From NCBI GenBank assembly GCA_019038745.1, contig JAHOYV010000049.1:6739-70738 (forward strand): DNA of 64,000 bases, written 5' to 3'. Below the pieces are notes generated by a model. That model did not search any database and had not been told where the DNA came from. It worked only from the letters and a program-made list of their open reading frames with translations. Both the position numbers and the translations under genes were made by a program. Source of the DNA: Gemmatimonadales bacterium (lineage in GTDB: Bacteria; Krumholzibacteriota; Krumholzibacteriia; LZORAL124-64-63). The first letter of the stretch is position 1. The number at the start of each line of letters is the position of its first letter. This document shows positions 51,931 through 62,811 of the stretch, in pieces.

Positions 51931-53145
51931 ATGACCAGAGTTCGATTCATCCTGTTGGCTGTTCTGCTTCTTCTGGCCGCCCTGACCGGGTGCCGGTCTG
52001 CTCACACAACAAGTGCCATCCTTTACATAGATGAGCAGAGCTACGATAAGGCCGTGCAGGTGATTCACGATGGGTTCCAGTTCCGTGACGATGAACCGGA
52101 TGCATTCTATTACTTGGGCGAGGCCTACAGCCACTTGGCCGAAGAAGCGGTACAGGCGGATGATTTTGCTGAAGCCATGAAGAATCTGGAGCTGGCCTAC
52201 GAGTCCTATACGCGGGCCCTGGAAATCGACAGCGTCAATTGGACCGAGAAGGTCGATGTTTCCTTGAAGCACAACTACACCGGCAGAATGCGCCAAGCCA
52301 AACTGGACTGGGACGATGGCTATTTTGAACAGGCCGAGGGTCACATGCGATTGGCCTTCGCCGCCTTGCCGGATTCTCTAAGCCCCGTCAAAAGCATCGC
52401 ACGCATGAAAATGCAGATGGCCGGCAATGACGAGTTTCAGGACAAGCGGGACGATCTGCTCCATGAGGCCTTGGGTCTGTTGGATCAGGTCCTGGATTCC
52501 AAGCCGGATGCCTATGAGCTACAGGCCAACAAGGCCAATGTTCTGGCTGCGCTGGGTCGTGGCGCCGAAGCAGGCGAGATCTACGAGAAGTTGCTGATCG
52601 AACACGGCGACGATACCGACCTGCTGCTGGACATCGCCACCCTGGCCATCAACGATGGTGACTATAGTCGGGCCGCTGATTTTTTCGTCGACGTGATTGA
52701 TTTGCGCGAGGCCGATACCGACGCTTCCAATGATGACGACAACAAGGACATGTTGGTCAGTGCCGGGACGTGGTATTCCATGAGCACCATCGGACGGTAC
52801 GAGGACGCCCTGGTGGTTCTGGACCGGGCGGCCAACCTGGAAATCTTCCCGCTGGTGAACACGATCCTGACCCGTCTGCGGACCTATTACAATTACGGCA
52901 AGGAAGTCAAGAACTTGGCCGAAGCCGAGACGGATCCGGTTGTCAAGGCGGAGCAGACCGAGCAGTTCAAGTCCTTGTTTACGCGTGCGGTGGAAATCGG
53001 GATAGCAATGACCAATAATTTCGTGGCGAACGCGGATGGTTTTTTCTATCTTAGCCTTGCCCAGCTGGAATTGGGTGATTTCTCAGCCTCCGAAGCGAAT
53101 TTCAAGACTTACAACGAACTCCAGGGCGGCACTCCCGACTCCTAG
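51931..53145 (+). CDS. TPR-repeat lipoprotein
   Basis: Signal plus lipobox (LLLLAALTGCRS), then repeated TPR-like helices with many Tyr/Ala/Glu/Leu heptads. Confidence 0.55.
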   Translation: MTRVRFILLAVLLLLAALTGCRSAHTTSAILYIDEQSYDKAVQVIHDGFQFRDDEPDAFYYLGEAYSHLAEEAVQADDFAEAMKNLELAYESYTRALEIDSVNWTEKVDVSLKHNYTGRMRQAKLDWDDGYFEQAEGHMRLAFAALPDSLSPVKSIARMKMQMAGNDEFQDKRDDLLHEALGLLDQVLDSKPDAYELQANKANVLAALGRGAEAGEIYEKLLIEHGDDTDLLLDIATLAINDGDYSRAADFFVDVIDLREADTDASNDDDNKDMLVSAGTWYSMSTIGRYEDALVVLDRAANLEIFPLVNTILTRLRTYYNYGKEVKNLAEAETDPVVKAEQTEQFKSLFTRAVEIGIAMTNNFVANADGFFYLSLAQLELGDFSASEANFKTYNELQGGTPDS

Positions 53146-53445
53146 CCGGAAGCATTTTCCGTCTGTGATATATGTGTGGAGTCTTTGACTGTAATGCCTG
53201 GTGCCTTCGGGTCCGGGATTGTATTGGAACCGGAAAATCTTCCGGAAATAAAAAATGAGTCACGATTTGGCGCAGAATGTGCTAAGATTGTTTTGTTCGG
53301 GCTCGGAAATTGAGTTCGGAAAAAACCTCAAGGACCATTACTCACTTTAATTTCGGGAACTCGAGACACCTGCCTGGCGAAGGCTTTCCGCACGCCCCCC
53401 GTTATTGTTCCCGCAAACCCAAGCGAACCCTGTTCGAGGAGAGAC

Positions 53446-54693
53446 ATGGACATCAAGGAACTGCAGGAAATGAATATTCACGAGCTGGTGGAAGTGGCTC
53501 GGGGTATGAGCATCGAAGCCGTCAGCACTCTGCGCAAGTCGGAGCTCATCTTCAAGATTCTGGAAGGCCAGACGGAGAAGAACGGTTTGATCTACGCCGA
53601 GGGGGTCCTGCAGATCCTCGCTGAGGGTTACGGCTTCCTGAGGGCGGCCAAGTACAATTATTTGCCGGGTCCGGATGATATTTATCTCTCTCCTTCCCAG
53701 ATAAAAAAATTCGATCTCAAAACGGGGGACACCGTCGCCGGTCAGGTTCGCCCTCCCAAGGACAACGAGCGCTACTTTGCCCTGTTGAAGGTCGAGTCGG
53801 TCAATTACAAGGATCCGGAGACGGCCAAGAAGGTAACTCTCTTCGACAACCTTACGCCGCTCTATCCCAATGAGCTAATCAATCTCGAGCATAAGTCCAA
53901 GGATTTGACTACGCGGTTGATCAACATGCTCTGTCCGATCGGCAAGGGCCAGCGCGGCTTGATTGTATCACCCCCGCGGGCGGGCAAAACCATTATCCTG
54001 CAGAAAATCGCCAATGCCATAACCGCCAACCATCCCGAGGTCCATCTGATCGTGCTGTTGATCGATGAGCGCCCCGAAGAAGTGACCGATATGGCCCGCT
54101 CCGTGAAGGGAGAAGTGGTCAGCTCCACTTTTGACGAGCCCGCCGAGCGGCATGTGCAGGTGGCCAACATGGTGCTGGCCAAAAGTCGCCGACTGGTAGA
54201 GAACGGCCTGGACGTGGTCATACTCCTGGATTCGATCACCCGCCTGGCGCGCGCCCACAATGCCGTGGTTCCTCATAGTGGAAAAATTCTCTCAGGTGGT
54301 GTGGATTCCAACGCCCTGCAAAAGCCCAAGCGTTTCTTTGGAGCGGCCCGGAACATCGAAGAGGGTGGCTCCCTGACGATTATCGCCACGGCGCTGGTTG
54401 AGACAGGCAGCAGAATGGACGAAGTGATCTTCGAGGAATTCAAGGGTACCGGCAACATGGAGGCGGTTCTGGACCGCAAGATTGCCGACCGGAGGGTTTA
54501 TCCCGCACTGGATATCTTCAAGTCCGGAACACGTAAAGAGGATCTGCTGATCGAACAGAAGGATTTGGGCAAGATTTGGGTCTTGCGTAAGTATCTGAAC
54601 GATTACAATCCTACCGAGGCCATGGAATTCCTCATCGACAAGCTGGGCAAGACCAAGGACAACGAACAGTTCCTGGGGGCTATGAACGCCTGA
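53446..54693 (+). CDS. rho: Transcription termination factor Rho
   Basis: N-terminal [24 protein letters not shown], Walker A PPRAGKT, Q/R loops. 415 aa. Confidence 0.95.
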   Translation: MDIKELQEMNIHELVEVARGMSIEAVSTLRKSELIFKILEGQTEKNGLIYAEGVLQILAEGYGFLRAAKYNYLPGPDDIYLSPSQIKKFDLKTGDTVAGQVRPPKDNERYFALLKVESVNYKDPETAKKVTLFDNLTPLYPNELINLEHKSKDLTTRLINMLCPIGKGQRGLIVSPPRAGKTIILQKIANAITANHPEVHLIVLLIDERPEEVTDMARSVKGEVVSSTFDEPAERHVQVANMVLAKSRRLVENGLDVVILLDSITRLARAHNAVVPHSGKILSGGVDSNALQKPKRFFGAARNIEEGGSLTIIATALVETGSRMDEVIFEEFKGTGNMEAVLDRKIADRRVYPALDIFKSGTRKEDLLIEQKDLGKIWVLRKYLNDYNPTEAMEFLIDKLGKTKDNEQFLGAMNA

Positions 54694-54865
54694 TTTTCAA
54701 GGATTTTAGGGGTTTTCCTTTCCCTCGGGAAGGGTCTCATGGCAAAAATATCCTTGCCTTGTGGGGGAAACCATATTTCTTTTCCCGCTCAACCTGGAAA
54801 AATTGAGTCAGCGGAGATGCCCGCGAATTTGGTTCAAATTTGGTTCAGAAAAGGCGACCAGAACA

Positions 54866-55081
54866 ATGAAGAAGAAGATACATCCCAAGTACGTCGACTG
54901 CACGATCACCTGCTTGTGCGGTAACGTGATTAATACCCGGTCGACTCGGGCAAAACTCAGTGTCGAGATTTGCTCCAATTGCCACCCGTTCTTTACGGGC
55001 CAGCAGAAGATCGTCGATACGGCTGGTCGAGTGGAACGTTTCCGCAAGCGTTACGAGAAGTCTTCCTACAGCAAGAAGTAG
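54866..55081 (+). CDS. rpmE: 50S ribosomal protein L31 (zinc-binding type)
   Basis: [63 protein letters not shown]. The ORF track starts earlier, at 54761. Confidence 0.9.
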   Translation: MKKKIHPKYVDCTITCLCGNVINTRSTRAKLSVEICSNCHPFFTGQQKIVDTAGRVERFRKRYEKSSYSKK

Positions 55082-55317
55082 GAAATCTTCGCTGACCTGC
55101 GGAAGTCGGCTCGGATCAAAAGTACGGATTGATATGGCGTCGGGATAACCCCGACGCTATTATTTTATCCAGCATGACGGACTGGTACCATTTTCAGCAG
55201 ATTGCGGGAGAAGCAATGAGCGAATCCGAGGCGGACACCATGAATCAGGAAAATACAGCATCCGAGTTGGCGACACCGGACGATTGCCCATCCGTCGCTG
55301 AAGGGGAGGCTCGCACC

Positions 55318-56256
55318 ATGGATCTGGCAGTGGGCGGCCAAGCCCTTATCGAAGGGGTCATGATGCGCAGTCCGGAGTACCTGGCCATGGCCGTGCGTAC
55401 ACCCGACAAGCGGATCGTAATCCGCAAAAAGACATTCAAGAGCATCATCCGGAAGCTGCCCTTTCTCAACATTCCCGTGGTTCGGGGCGGAATCCATCTG
55501 ATCGAGACCATGGGACTGGGTATCGACGCTCTTATGTTTTCCGCCGATCAGGCCATCAGTGAGGACCGAATCGAGGAAAAGAAGAATTCAATCCGCGATA
55601 CGATGTTGATGTGGGGAACGGTCGCCTTTTCCTTCGTACTCAGCCTGGGCTTGTTTTTCTATCTTCCCATCCTGTTGACCGACCTGGTGGTCGGCGAGGA
55701 GGAGGGCAGCGTTGTTTGGAACATTGTGGACGGGATCTTCCGCGTGGTTCTTTTCATTCTCTATCTGTGGGGAGTGAGCAAGCTGCCGGATATGGCACGG
55801 GTTTTCGAGTATCACGGCGCGGAACACAAGTCGATTCACGCCTTCGAGAACGGCAAGTCCCTGGACGCCGACGGTGCTCGGTCCTTTACGACCCTGCATC
55901 CACGGTGTGGCACGAGTTTTCTTTTCTTCGTCATGCTGATCTCGATAGTGGTCTTTTCTTTTGTTGGCCGTCCCGAGAGTATCCCCGACCGTCTGCAGCG
56001 CCTTGCCTTCGTGCCCCTGATCGGCGGGTTGGCCTATGAGGCGATCAAGCTGTCCGGCAAGTTCTCCAAGGCCTGGTTCCTGAAACCGGTGATCTGGCCG
56101 GGGCTGATGTTGCAGAAGATCACCACGAGTCCGCCCGACGACGATCAACTGACGGTGAGCATGGCTGCCCTGAAGGCCGTGCTGACCCCCGAGGGGGAAG
56201 GTTTCAAGGAGCGCGTTTACTACGATATGCCGGCCGAGTCGGGGGAGCAGGAATGA
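55318..56256 (+). CDS. DUF1385-family membrane protein (YqhQ-like), conserved neighbour of prfA
   Basis: [38 protein letters not shown] at the predicted start (AGGGGAGG RBS). The ORF is open from TTG 55129. Confidence 0.6.
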   Translation: MDLAVGGQALIEGVMMRSPEYLAMAVRTPDKRIVIRKKTFKSIIRKLPFLNIPVVRGGIHLIETMGLGIDALMFSADQAISEDRIEEKKNSIRDTMLMWGTVAFSFVLSLGLFFYLPILLTDLVVGEEEGSVVWNIVDGIFRVVLFILYLWGVSKLPDMARVFEYHGAEHKSIHAFENGKSLDADGARSFTTLHPRCGTSFLFFVMLISIVVFSFVGRPESIPDRLQRLAFVPLIGGLAYEAIKLSGKFSKAWFLKPVIWPGLMLQKITTSPPDDDQLTVSMAALKAVLTPEGEGFKERVYYDMPAESGEQE

Positions 56257-57326
56257 AGGACAACGTCCTGTCCCTGCGCATAAGCTACGAAGAGCTGGGC
56301 GAGCACCTGTCCAGCCCCGATGCCCTGAAGGACCAGAACGCGTACCGAAAGTTGACTCGTGAGCACTCCCGGGTGCGTAAGCAACTGGAGTTTGGTGAGC
56401 TTTGGTTGAGTTTGACGGAGCAACTGGAGGAGAGCCGGGAACTTCTGAAGACGGAAAATGACCCCGATATGGTGGCCATGATCCGCGAGGAGATTGCGGA
56501 ACTTGAGCCGCGGTTGAAAGTGTCCGCGGAGTCCTTCGAGGAGGCTCTTCTGCCTCACGATCCCAATGATGATCGTGACGCCATCCTGGAAGTCCGAGCC
56601 GGTACCGGCGGCGATGAGGCAGCCCTCTTCGCCGAAGAGATTGCCCGATTGTATTTGCGTTATGCCGAGCGACAAGGTTGGAAGACCGAGTTGATCGACG
56701 TGACCGAGGGTACTGCCGGGGGATTCAAGGAAGTCATCTACTCCGTCAGGGGAGAAGGGGCTTTCGGTATCCTTCGCTGGGAGAGCGGCGTTCACCGTGT
56801 TCAACGGGTTCCGGCCACCGAGAGCCAGGGCCGGGTGCACACTTCCGCCGTGACGGTGGCCGTCCTGCCCGAAGCCGAGGATGTGGATATTGATATCCGC
56901 GCCGAGGATCTTCGAATCGACGTCTATCGCGCCCAGGGTCCCGGTGGCCAGTCGGTCAATACCACCGACAGCGCCGTGCGCATTACCCACGTCCCGACCG
57001 GGCTGGTGGTTCAGTGCCAGGACGAGAAGTCGCAGCACAAAAACAAGTCCAAGGCCATGGGTGTTCTTCGTTCGCGGCTGCTGGAGCAGGCCATTCACGA
57101 ACAAGAGGCTGCCATTTCGGCAGAGCGCAAGAGCCAGGTCGGCAGTGGTGACCGCAGCGCCAAGATCAGGACCTACAATTTCCCCCAAAGCCGGGTGACT
57201 GATCACCGCATCGGATTGACCGTCCATAGCCTGGATGCCATCATGGCGGGTGACATTGACGAAATCGTGGCAGCCATACAGGCGCATCGTCGAGAAGTCG
57301 GTTTGGCAGCGACCAGGAATGGATGA
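56253..57326 (+). CDS. prfA: Peptide chain release factor 1
   Basis: PAT tripeptide ([15 protein letters not shown]) and GGQ motif ([22 protein letters not shown]). Confidence 0.95.
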   Translation: MKDNVLSLRISYEELGEHLSSPDALKDQNAYRKLTREHSRVRKQLEFGELWLSLTEQLEESRELLKTENDPDMVAMIREEIAELEPRLKVSAESFEEALLPHDPNDDRDAILEVRAGTGGDEAALFAEEIARLYLRYAERQGWKTELIDVTEGTAGGFKEVIYSVRGEGAFGILRWESGVHRVQRVPATESQGRVHTSAVTVAVLPEAEDVDIDIRAEDLRIDVYRAQGPGGQSVNTTDSAVRITHVPTGLVVQCQDEKSQHKNKSKAMGVLRSRLLEQAIHEQEAAISAERKSQVGSGDRSAKIRTYNFPQSRVTDHRIGLTVHSLDAIMAGDIDEIVAAIQAHRREVGLAATRNG

Positions 57327-57332
57327 ACGGGC

Positions 57333-58247
57333 ATGAGCCCATCCGGCAGCAATAAAACCGTGCGTGAGCTGATCCAGGTAACTTCCGAATACCTGGCGGA
57401 CAGGGGTATCGAGTCGGCCCGGCTGAATGCCGAGCGTTTGTTGGCTGATGTCCTGGGGTTGGCCCGCATAGAGTTGTATTTCCAACACGACAGACCTGTA
57501 ATGGGCAAGGAACTGGACGAGTTCCGGGACCTGGTGCGTCTTCGCGCCGGGGGACAACCGCTGCAGACTATCCTGGGCCAGACCGAGTTCTATTCCCATC
57601 TCTTCAAGGTTTTGCCGGGCGTTTTTATTCCCCGACCCGAGACCGAACACCTGGTTGAAGCTGCGGCCAACCTGCTGGGCGGCGGCACCCATCGCCTGTT
57701 GGCTCCGGTAGCGGTCGAGATCGGCTGCGGGACGGGGGTCGTGGGCATCAGCCTGGCCATGGATTTGCCTCGTCTCACCCTCCACGCCACGGACATCAAT
57801 CCCAAGGCGATCGAGTTGACCCGGCACAACGCCCATGCTCTCGGTGTGGAAGCTCGAGTACATGTTCATCACGGCAGCCGTTTCGATCCCCTGCCCGATC
57901 ATCTGAAGGGGGAAGTGGATATACTGGTCAGTAATCCCCCTTATATCCGATGTGGAGATATCGAGGGGTTGTCCGAGGAAGTGAAGGGACACGATCCACA
58001 TACGGCCCTGGACGGTGGCCAAGACGGCCTGGATTTTTACCATGCCCTGGCCGCAGCCCTGAAGTGCTGGTTGCGCCCGGGTGGGTATGTTGCCGTGGAA
58101 ATCGGGTGTGACCAAGGAGCCGAAGTGCAGGATATTTTTTCCGGTGTCGGGGCTGAGGATATTGTGGTCATCAAGGATTATTCCGATCGGGACCGGGTTG
58201 TTACCGCCCGGGTCGGGGTGGCGGAGAATGACAGGGAGGACGGCTAG
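57333..58247 (+). CDS. prmC: Release factor glutamine N5-methyltransferase PrmC (HemK)
   Basis: Motif I VEIGCGTGVVGISLA and the NPPY motif (ILVSNPPYI). Confidence 0.9.
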   Translation: MSPSGSNKTVRELIQVTSEYLADRGIESARLNAERLLADVLGLARIELYFQHDRPVMGKELDEFRDLVRLRAGGQPLQTILGQTEFYSHLFKVLPGVFIPRPETEHLVEAAANLLGGGTHRLLAPVAVEIGCGTGVVGISLAMDLPRLTLHATDINPKAIELTRHNAHALGVEARVHVHHGSRFDPLPDHLKGEVDILVSNPPYIRCGDIEGLSEEVKGHDPHTALDGGQDGLDFYHALAAALKCWLRPGGYVAVEIGCDQGAEVQDIFSGVGAEDIVVIKDYSDRDRVVTARVGVAENDREDG

Positions 58248-59509
58248 TGGACCGATTCATCATCGAGGGACCGACTCCCCTGGAGGGAGATCTGACCGTG
58301 GGCGGGGCCAAAAACGCGGTGTTGCCGCTGATGGCGGCGGCTCTGCTGGCCCGTGGCGAATCCGTGATTTCGAACGTGCCGGATCTGCAGGATGTGCGCT
58401 TCTTCATGACCATCCTGGAGGGTCTGGGAGCCCGCTGCTCCTTTAACGACCACGTCCTGATCATCGATACTACCGATCAGGCCGGTTTCGATGCGCCCTA
58501 CGATCTGGTGCGGAAGATGAGGGCAAGCGTTTACGTCCTGGGGCCTTTATTGGCAGCCCAGGGCAGGGCTCGCGTGTCGTTGCCGGGAGGTTGTGCCTGG
58601 GGTCCGCGGCCGGTGAATCTACACTTGGAAGGTTTGCGCGCGCTGGGAGCGAAATTGGAGTTGAACGAGGGATACATAGAGGGTGAATGTCTGAATGGCT
58701 TGGCGGGCGGGCGGTACCGTTTCGAGCCTTCCTCGGTGGGCGCGACGGCCAATGTTTTGATGGCCGCGACTCTCGCCGTTGGAGAGAGTCTCCTTGAGAA
58801 CTGCGCGGTGGAGCCCGAGGTCACTCAACTTGGCAAAGCCCTGGTGAAAGCCGGCGCGAAAATCGAGGGCATCGGCACGACTACACTGCGGGTGCAGGGA
58901 GTGGAGAGGATTGATCCGTTGGAGCAATCGGTTATCGCCGATCGTATCGAGGCCGGCACCTTCATGGCCGGCGTGGCCCTGGCAGGAGGCAAGGTCAGGC
59001 TCCAGGGAGTGAATCCCGAGCACCTGGCTCCGGTGACTGCGGTACTGCAGGATATGGGGGTGACCGTCACCATCTCGGAGGCGGGCGGTTCCATTTCAGT
59101 GGAATCCAACGGCCGGCCCGAAGCTGTTGAAGTTGTCACCCGGCCCTATCCCGGATTTCCAACCGACATGCAGGCTCAGGTAATGACCGTCTGCGCCTTG
59201 GCTGCTGGGACCAGCTTTCTCACCGAGACGATTTACCCCGATCGTTTCACCCACGTGGCCGAGCTGCAGCGCCTGGGGGCGGACATTCGCTTGGATGGGG
59301 CCAAGGCCACCATTTTTGGTGTGGAAAAGCTGCAGGGAGCCCAGGTGATGGCTACGGACCTGCGGGCCTCGGCTGCCCTGGTTCTGGCAGGGGTTGCGGC
59401 CCAGGGCCAGACTATTGTAAACAGGGTGTATCATATTGATCGGGGTTACGAGAGGATCGAGGAAAGGCTTGGTCGGTTGGGGGCCCGGATCCGGCGTAAG
59501 AGGGGCTGA
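58247..59509 (+). CDS. murA: UDP-N-acetylglucosamine 1-carboxyvinyltransferase
   Basis: MDRFIIEGPTPLEGDLTVGGAKNAVLPLMAAALLA...GGCAWGPRPVNLHLEGL. Confidence 0.95.
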   Translation: MDRFIIEGPTPLEGDLTVGGAKNAVLPLMAAALLARGESVISNVPDLQDVRFFMTILEGLGARCSFNDHVLIIDTTDQAGFDAPYDLVRKMRASVYVLGPLLAAQGRARVSLPGGCAWGPRPVNLHLEGLRALGAKLELNEGYIEGECLNGLAGGRYRFEPSSVGATANVLMAATLAVGESLLENCAVEPEVTQLGKALVKAGAKIEGIGTTTLRVQGVERIDPLEQSVIADRIEAGTFMAGVALAGGKVRLQGVNPEHLAPVTAVLQDMGVTVTISEAGGSISVESNGRPEAVEVVTRPYPGFPTDMQAQVMTVCALAAGTSFLTETIYPDRFTHVAELQRLGADIRLDGAKATIFGVEKLQGAQVMATDLRASAALVLAGVAAQGQTIVNRVYHIDRGYERIEERLGRLGARIRRKRG

Positions 59510-59668
59510 TAACAGTTGGTTTACCGGGCTCATCCACGGCGAGCTTTAGATCGGCGAAGGCGAGTGGGATGGCTCTAACCTTCAATCACGTCCCCTTTCG
59601 GTTCGCGCAGGGCTATGCTATGTTTCGGACCTGATCAAGGCATAAACTTAAAATCGGAAGCCACGGCC

Positions 59669-61603
59669 ATGAATCCCCAGACCCGCCATTTCATTCTCGG
59701 CGCCGCCGGACACGTGGATCACGGCAAGACGGCTCTGATCACCGCCCTGACCGGCACCAATACCGATCGTCTGAAAGAGGAGCAAACCCGCGGCATCAGC
59801 ATCGAGCTGGGTTTCGCGGAGTTCGATCTGGGTGATGGGATCACCCTGGGCGTTGTGGACATGCCGGGACACGAAAAATTCGTCAAACAAATGGTTTCGG
59901 GCGCGGGGGGTGTGGATCTGGCCTTTCTGGTGGTTGCGGCCGACGAGGGCGTGATGCCGCAGACGGTGGAGCACCTGGGCATCCTGGATTCGCTGGGTGT
60001 CAGCAGCGGGGTTGTGGTCATCACCAAGACCGACATGGTCGACGAGGACCTCGTCGGCGTTGCCAGTGAGGAAGCAGCCGAGTTGGTCGAGGGCACTTTC
60101 CTGGAGGGGAAGCCAATTGTTCCGGTCAGCGCCCACAAGAAGGTCGGCCTGGGCGAGTTGAAGGAGGCGCTGAAACAGGAGGCACGGGTTCTACCGCGAC
60201 GCGCCGAAGAGGGATCCTTTCGACTTCCGGTTGACCGCGTTTTCACGATGCCCGGCGCCGGAGTGATCGTCACCGGAACCTGCTGGAGCGGTGCGGTTGC
60301 AGTGGGGGACAAGCTCATTCTTCAGCCGGGCGATAAGCCGGTGAGGATTCGGGAAGTCCAGGTTCACGGCCGAAGATCCGAGCGTGGTTCCTCGGGACAG
60401 AGGTTGGCGCTGGCGCTGCATGGTGTGAAAAAAGACGATATGGACCGTGGTTTCCAGGTGGTGGCACCCGGCGCTGCCGGTCTAACCCGCCGTCTGGACA
60501 TCCGGGTGGACATGATGCCCCACTACAAGGGTGTATTGAAGAACCGGCAACGTTTACATCTCCACCACGCGGGCCGCGAGGTTCTGGGCCGCATCGTGCT
60601 CCTGGACGAAAAAGAGCTGGGCGGCGAGGGTGGGCCACGTACTGGACTGGCCCAGCTGTACCTGGAGTCCGAACTCATAGCCGCCGTTGGTGATCGGTTG
60701 GTGCTGCGCTTCTACTCGCCGGTGACCAGCATCGCCGGAGGGATCGTGCTCGACGCTTCGCCTCGCTCCCACAAACGGTTTGATGAGCAGACCCTGGAAG
60801 TGCTTTCAGTCAGAGAGGACGGCGACATGATCGATCTGTTCCGTCAGAATTTGCGTGCGGCCGGCTTGGGGGGGCTTCCCGCTGCAGAGGCTTCGGACCT
60901 TCAGGATGATCCCACCGCTTTGCATGTCGGCAAGCTGCTGTATGACAGAGAGCTGTTGGGTGATTTGGTGGAACAGATCGCCGAACTTCTGGCCACCTAC
61001 GCCAAACGCTTTCCGCTTCGCATGGGCATTCCCAAGGAGGAGGCTCGCCGCAAGGTCAAATTCAAGGGGGGCGCGGGCCAGTGGAGCGCTTTGTGCCAGG
61101 AGTTGGCAATCGACGCGGACTGGGCAGTGGCGGGTGATAGAATCTGTTCCGTGGGGGTTGGGGAAGAGCTTGGGCCGGCCCTTGGCTCAGCTTTGCAAGC
61201 GGCTCTTCATACCGCTACCGATGAGCTGCGTACCTTCGGTTTGAACTGGCCCGGTCAGGAAAATTGGGCACAGGAATCCAAGATTTTTTCCAAAGCCGCA
61301 AACGACCCGGTGTTGAGCGAGTTCAAGCCGTCCGAGGTTATGCGCCACTTGCTGGATCACGGGATGGCTGTCGCGGTGAGCAACGAATACATAATCAGCC
61401 CCGAGGCGCACGACGATTTATTGGCCCGTCTGCGCGAACATTTCCAGGCCAGCGATGAAATGACCTTCGCCGGGTTCCGGGACCTGAGCGGATTGACCCG
61501 CAAGCTGGGTATTCCCATGTTGGAGTACCTGGATCAGGCGGATGTTACGATTCGCCAGGGAGATGTGCGGGTGGTCGGGGCGAAACTGGAGATGATGGAA
61601 TGA
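59669..61603 (+). CDS. selB: Selenocysteine-specific translation elongation factor SelB
   Basis: GTP-binding domain (ILGAAGHVDHGKTALITALTG...VDMPGHEKF...ITKTD), then a long winged-helix C-terminal extension. The ORF track starts earlier, at 59615. Confidence 0.9.
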   Translation: MNPQTRHFILGAAGHVDHGKTALITALTGTNTDRLKEEQTRGISIELGFAEFDLGDGITLGVVDMPGHEKFVKQMVSGAGGVDLAFLVVAADEGVMPQTVEHLGILDSLGVSSGVVVITKTDMVDEDLVGVASEEAAELVEGTFLEGKPIVPVSAHKKVGLGELKEALKQEARVLPRRAEEGSFRLPVDRVFTMPGAGVIVTGTCWSGAVAVGDKLILQPGDKPVRIREVQVHGRRSERGSSGQRLALALHGVKKDDMDRGFQVVAPGAAGLTRRLDIRVDMMPHYKGVLKNRQRLHLHHAGREVLGRIVLLDEKELGGEGGPRTGLAQLYLESELIAAVGDRLVLRFYSPVTSIAGGIVLDASPRSHKRFDEQTLEVLSVREDGDMIDLFRQNLRAAGLGGLPAAEASDLQDDPTALHVGKLLYDRELLGDLVEQIAELLATYAKRFPLRMGIPKEEARRKVKFKGGAGQWSALCQELAIDADWAVAGDRICSVGVGEELGPALGSALQAALHTATDELRTFGLNWPGQENWAQESKIFSKAANDPVLSEFKPSEVMRHLLDHGMAVAVSNEYIISPEAHDDLLARLREHFQASDEMTFAGFRDLSGLTRKLGIPMLEYLDQADVTIRQGDVRVVGAKLEMME

Positions 61604-62697
61604 CTGAAGAAAATATAAACCCGGTTTTGCGGAACGGTACCTGCGCCCCACGCCGACCCACACGCTCCATCAATATCGGGGGCATTGCCATGGGCGCAGA
61701 TGCCCCGGTCCGCGTACAGAGCATGACCTGTACCAGGACCGGTGACGTGGAGGCTACCCTGGGTCAGATCCGCGAGTTGGTTACCGCGGGTGCCGAGTTC
61801 GTGAGAGTGACGGTGAACGATTCGGCAGCCGTAGAAGCGCTGCCGCGTTTGGTGGCCGAGAGCAATACCCCGCTGGTGGCTGATGTCCACTACGACCACA
61901 AGATGGCCCTGGCCGCGATTGCGGCCGGTATTGCCAAATTGCGGATCAACCCGGGGAATATCGGCAGCTCCGACAAGGTGCGCGAAGTGGCTGCGGCAGC
62001 CGCCGATGCGGGGGTGCCCATCCGAATCGGAGTGAACCGGGGCAGCCTGCACTCGCGTTACCAGGAGTTGGCTATGACTGATCCGGCTGGTGCCCTGGTG
62101 CAGAGCGCCCTGGATGAGATCGAGACCCTGGCCGGAGTCGGGTTTAACGACGTGGCCGTAAGCCTCAAGAGTTCCCATCCCGGTGAAGTGATTGAGGCCT
62201 GCCGACGTTTCGCCAAGGTCAGCGACGTTCCTCAGCACCTGGGAGTTACCGAGGCCGGCACCCTGTTGGCCGGGACGGCCATCTCCATCGCCGCCATGTC
62301 GGTTCTGTTGTCCGAGGGAATCGGTGACACGGTTCGTATCAGCCTGGCCGCCGATCCGGTGGAGGAGGTCCGGGCGGCCTACCACATGCTTTCAGCATTA
62401 GGTCTGCGGCAACGCTACGCGCGAGTGGTCGCCTGTCCTACGTGTGGTCGGGTTGAGGTGGACGTGATGGCCCTGGCAGCCAAGGTAGAGGAACTGGCGT
62501 TGCAGCTTCCCGCCGACCGGGTCATTTCGGTCATGGGTTGCATTGTCAATGGACCAGGAGAGGCCAAGGGCGCGGATTTGGGCATAGCCGCCGGGAAAAC
62601 GAAAGTGGCGATCTACCGGCAGGGGAAGCTTCACCGGACAGTCGACAAAAAAGATCTTGAATCGGTGCTTATGGAGGAGGTTGAACGCTTGAAATAG
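61600..62697 (+). CDS. ispG: 4-hydroxy-3-methylbut-2-enyl diphosphate synthase (GcpE)
   Basis: INIGGIAMGADAPVRVQSMT...RINPGNIG...CPTCGR [4Fe-4S] motif. Confidence 0.95.
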   Translation: MTEENINPVLRNGTCAPRRPTRSINIGGIAMGADAPVRVQSMTCTRTGDVEATLGQIRELVTAGAEFVRVTVNDSAAVEALPRLVAESNTPLVADVHYDHKMALAAIAAGIAKLRINPGNIGSSDKVREVAAAAADAGVPIRIGVNRGSLHSRYQELAMTDPAGALVQSALDEIETLAGVGFNDVAVSLKSSHPGEVIEACRRFAKVSDVPQHLGVTEAGTLLAGTAISIAAMSVLLSEGIGDTVRISLAADPVEEVRAAYHMLSALGLRQRYARVVACPTCGRVEVDVMALAAKVEELALQLPADRVISVMGCIVNGPGEAKGADLGIAAGKTKVAIYRQGKLHRTVDKKDLESVLMEEVERLK

Positions 62698-62811
62698 AGG
62701 GGTTGCCCAAAAAGAGGATTTGAACTGAATTCCCTCAGAAACCCCTACAGAAACCCCATCTTCAGCCGATCTGCAGGAAGTATTAAAAACTTTATCAAAA
62801 GGGATCGGCGA

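Noticed and set aside
62700-62760. GGATTTGAACT on the plus strand (would be a T-arm GTTCAAATCC on the minus strand), suggestive of a tRNA
   Set aside because: No acceptor/D/anticodon stems could be formed around it. It lies in the short spacer after ispG and is likely just a terminator-region coincidence.
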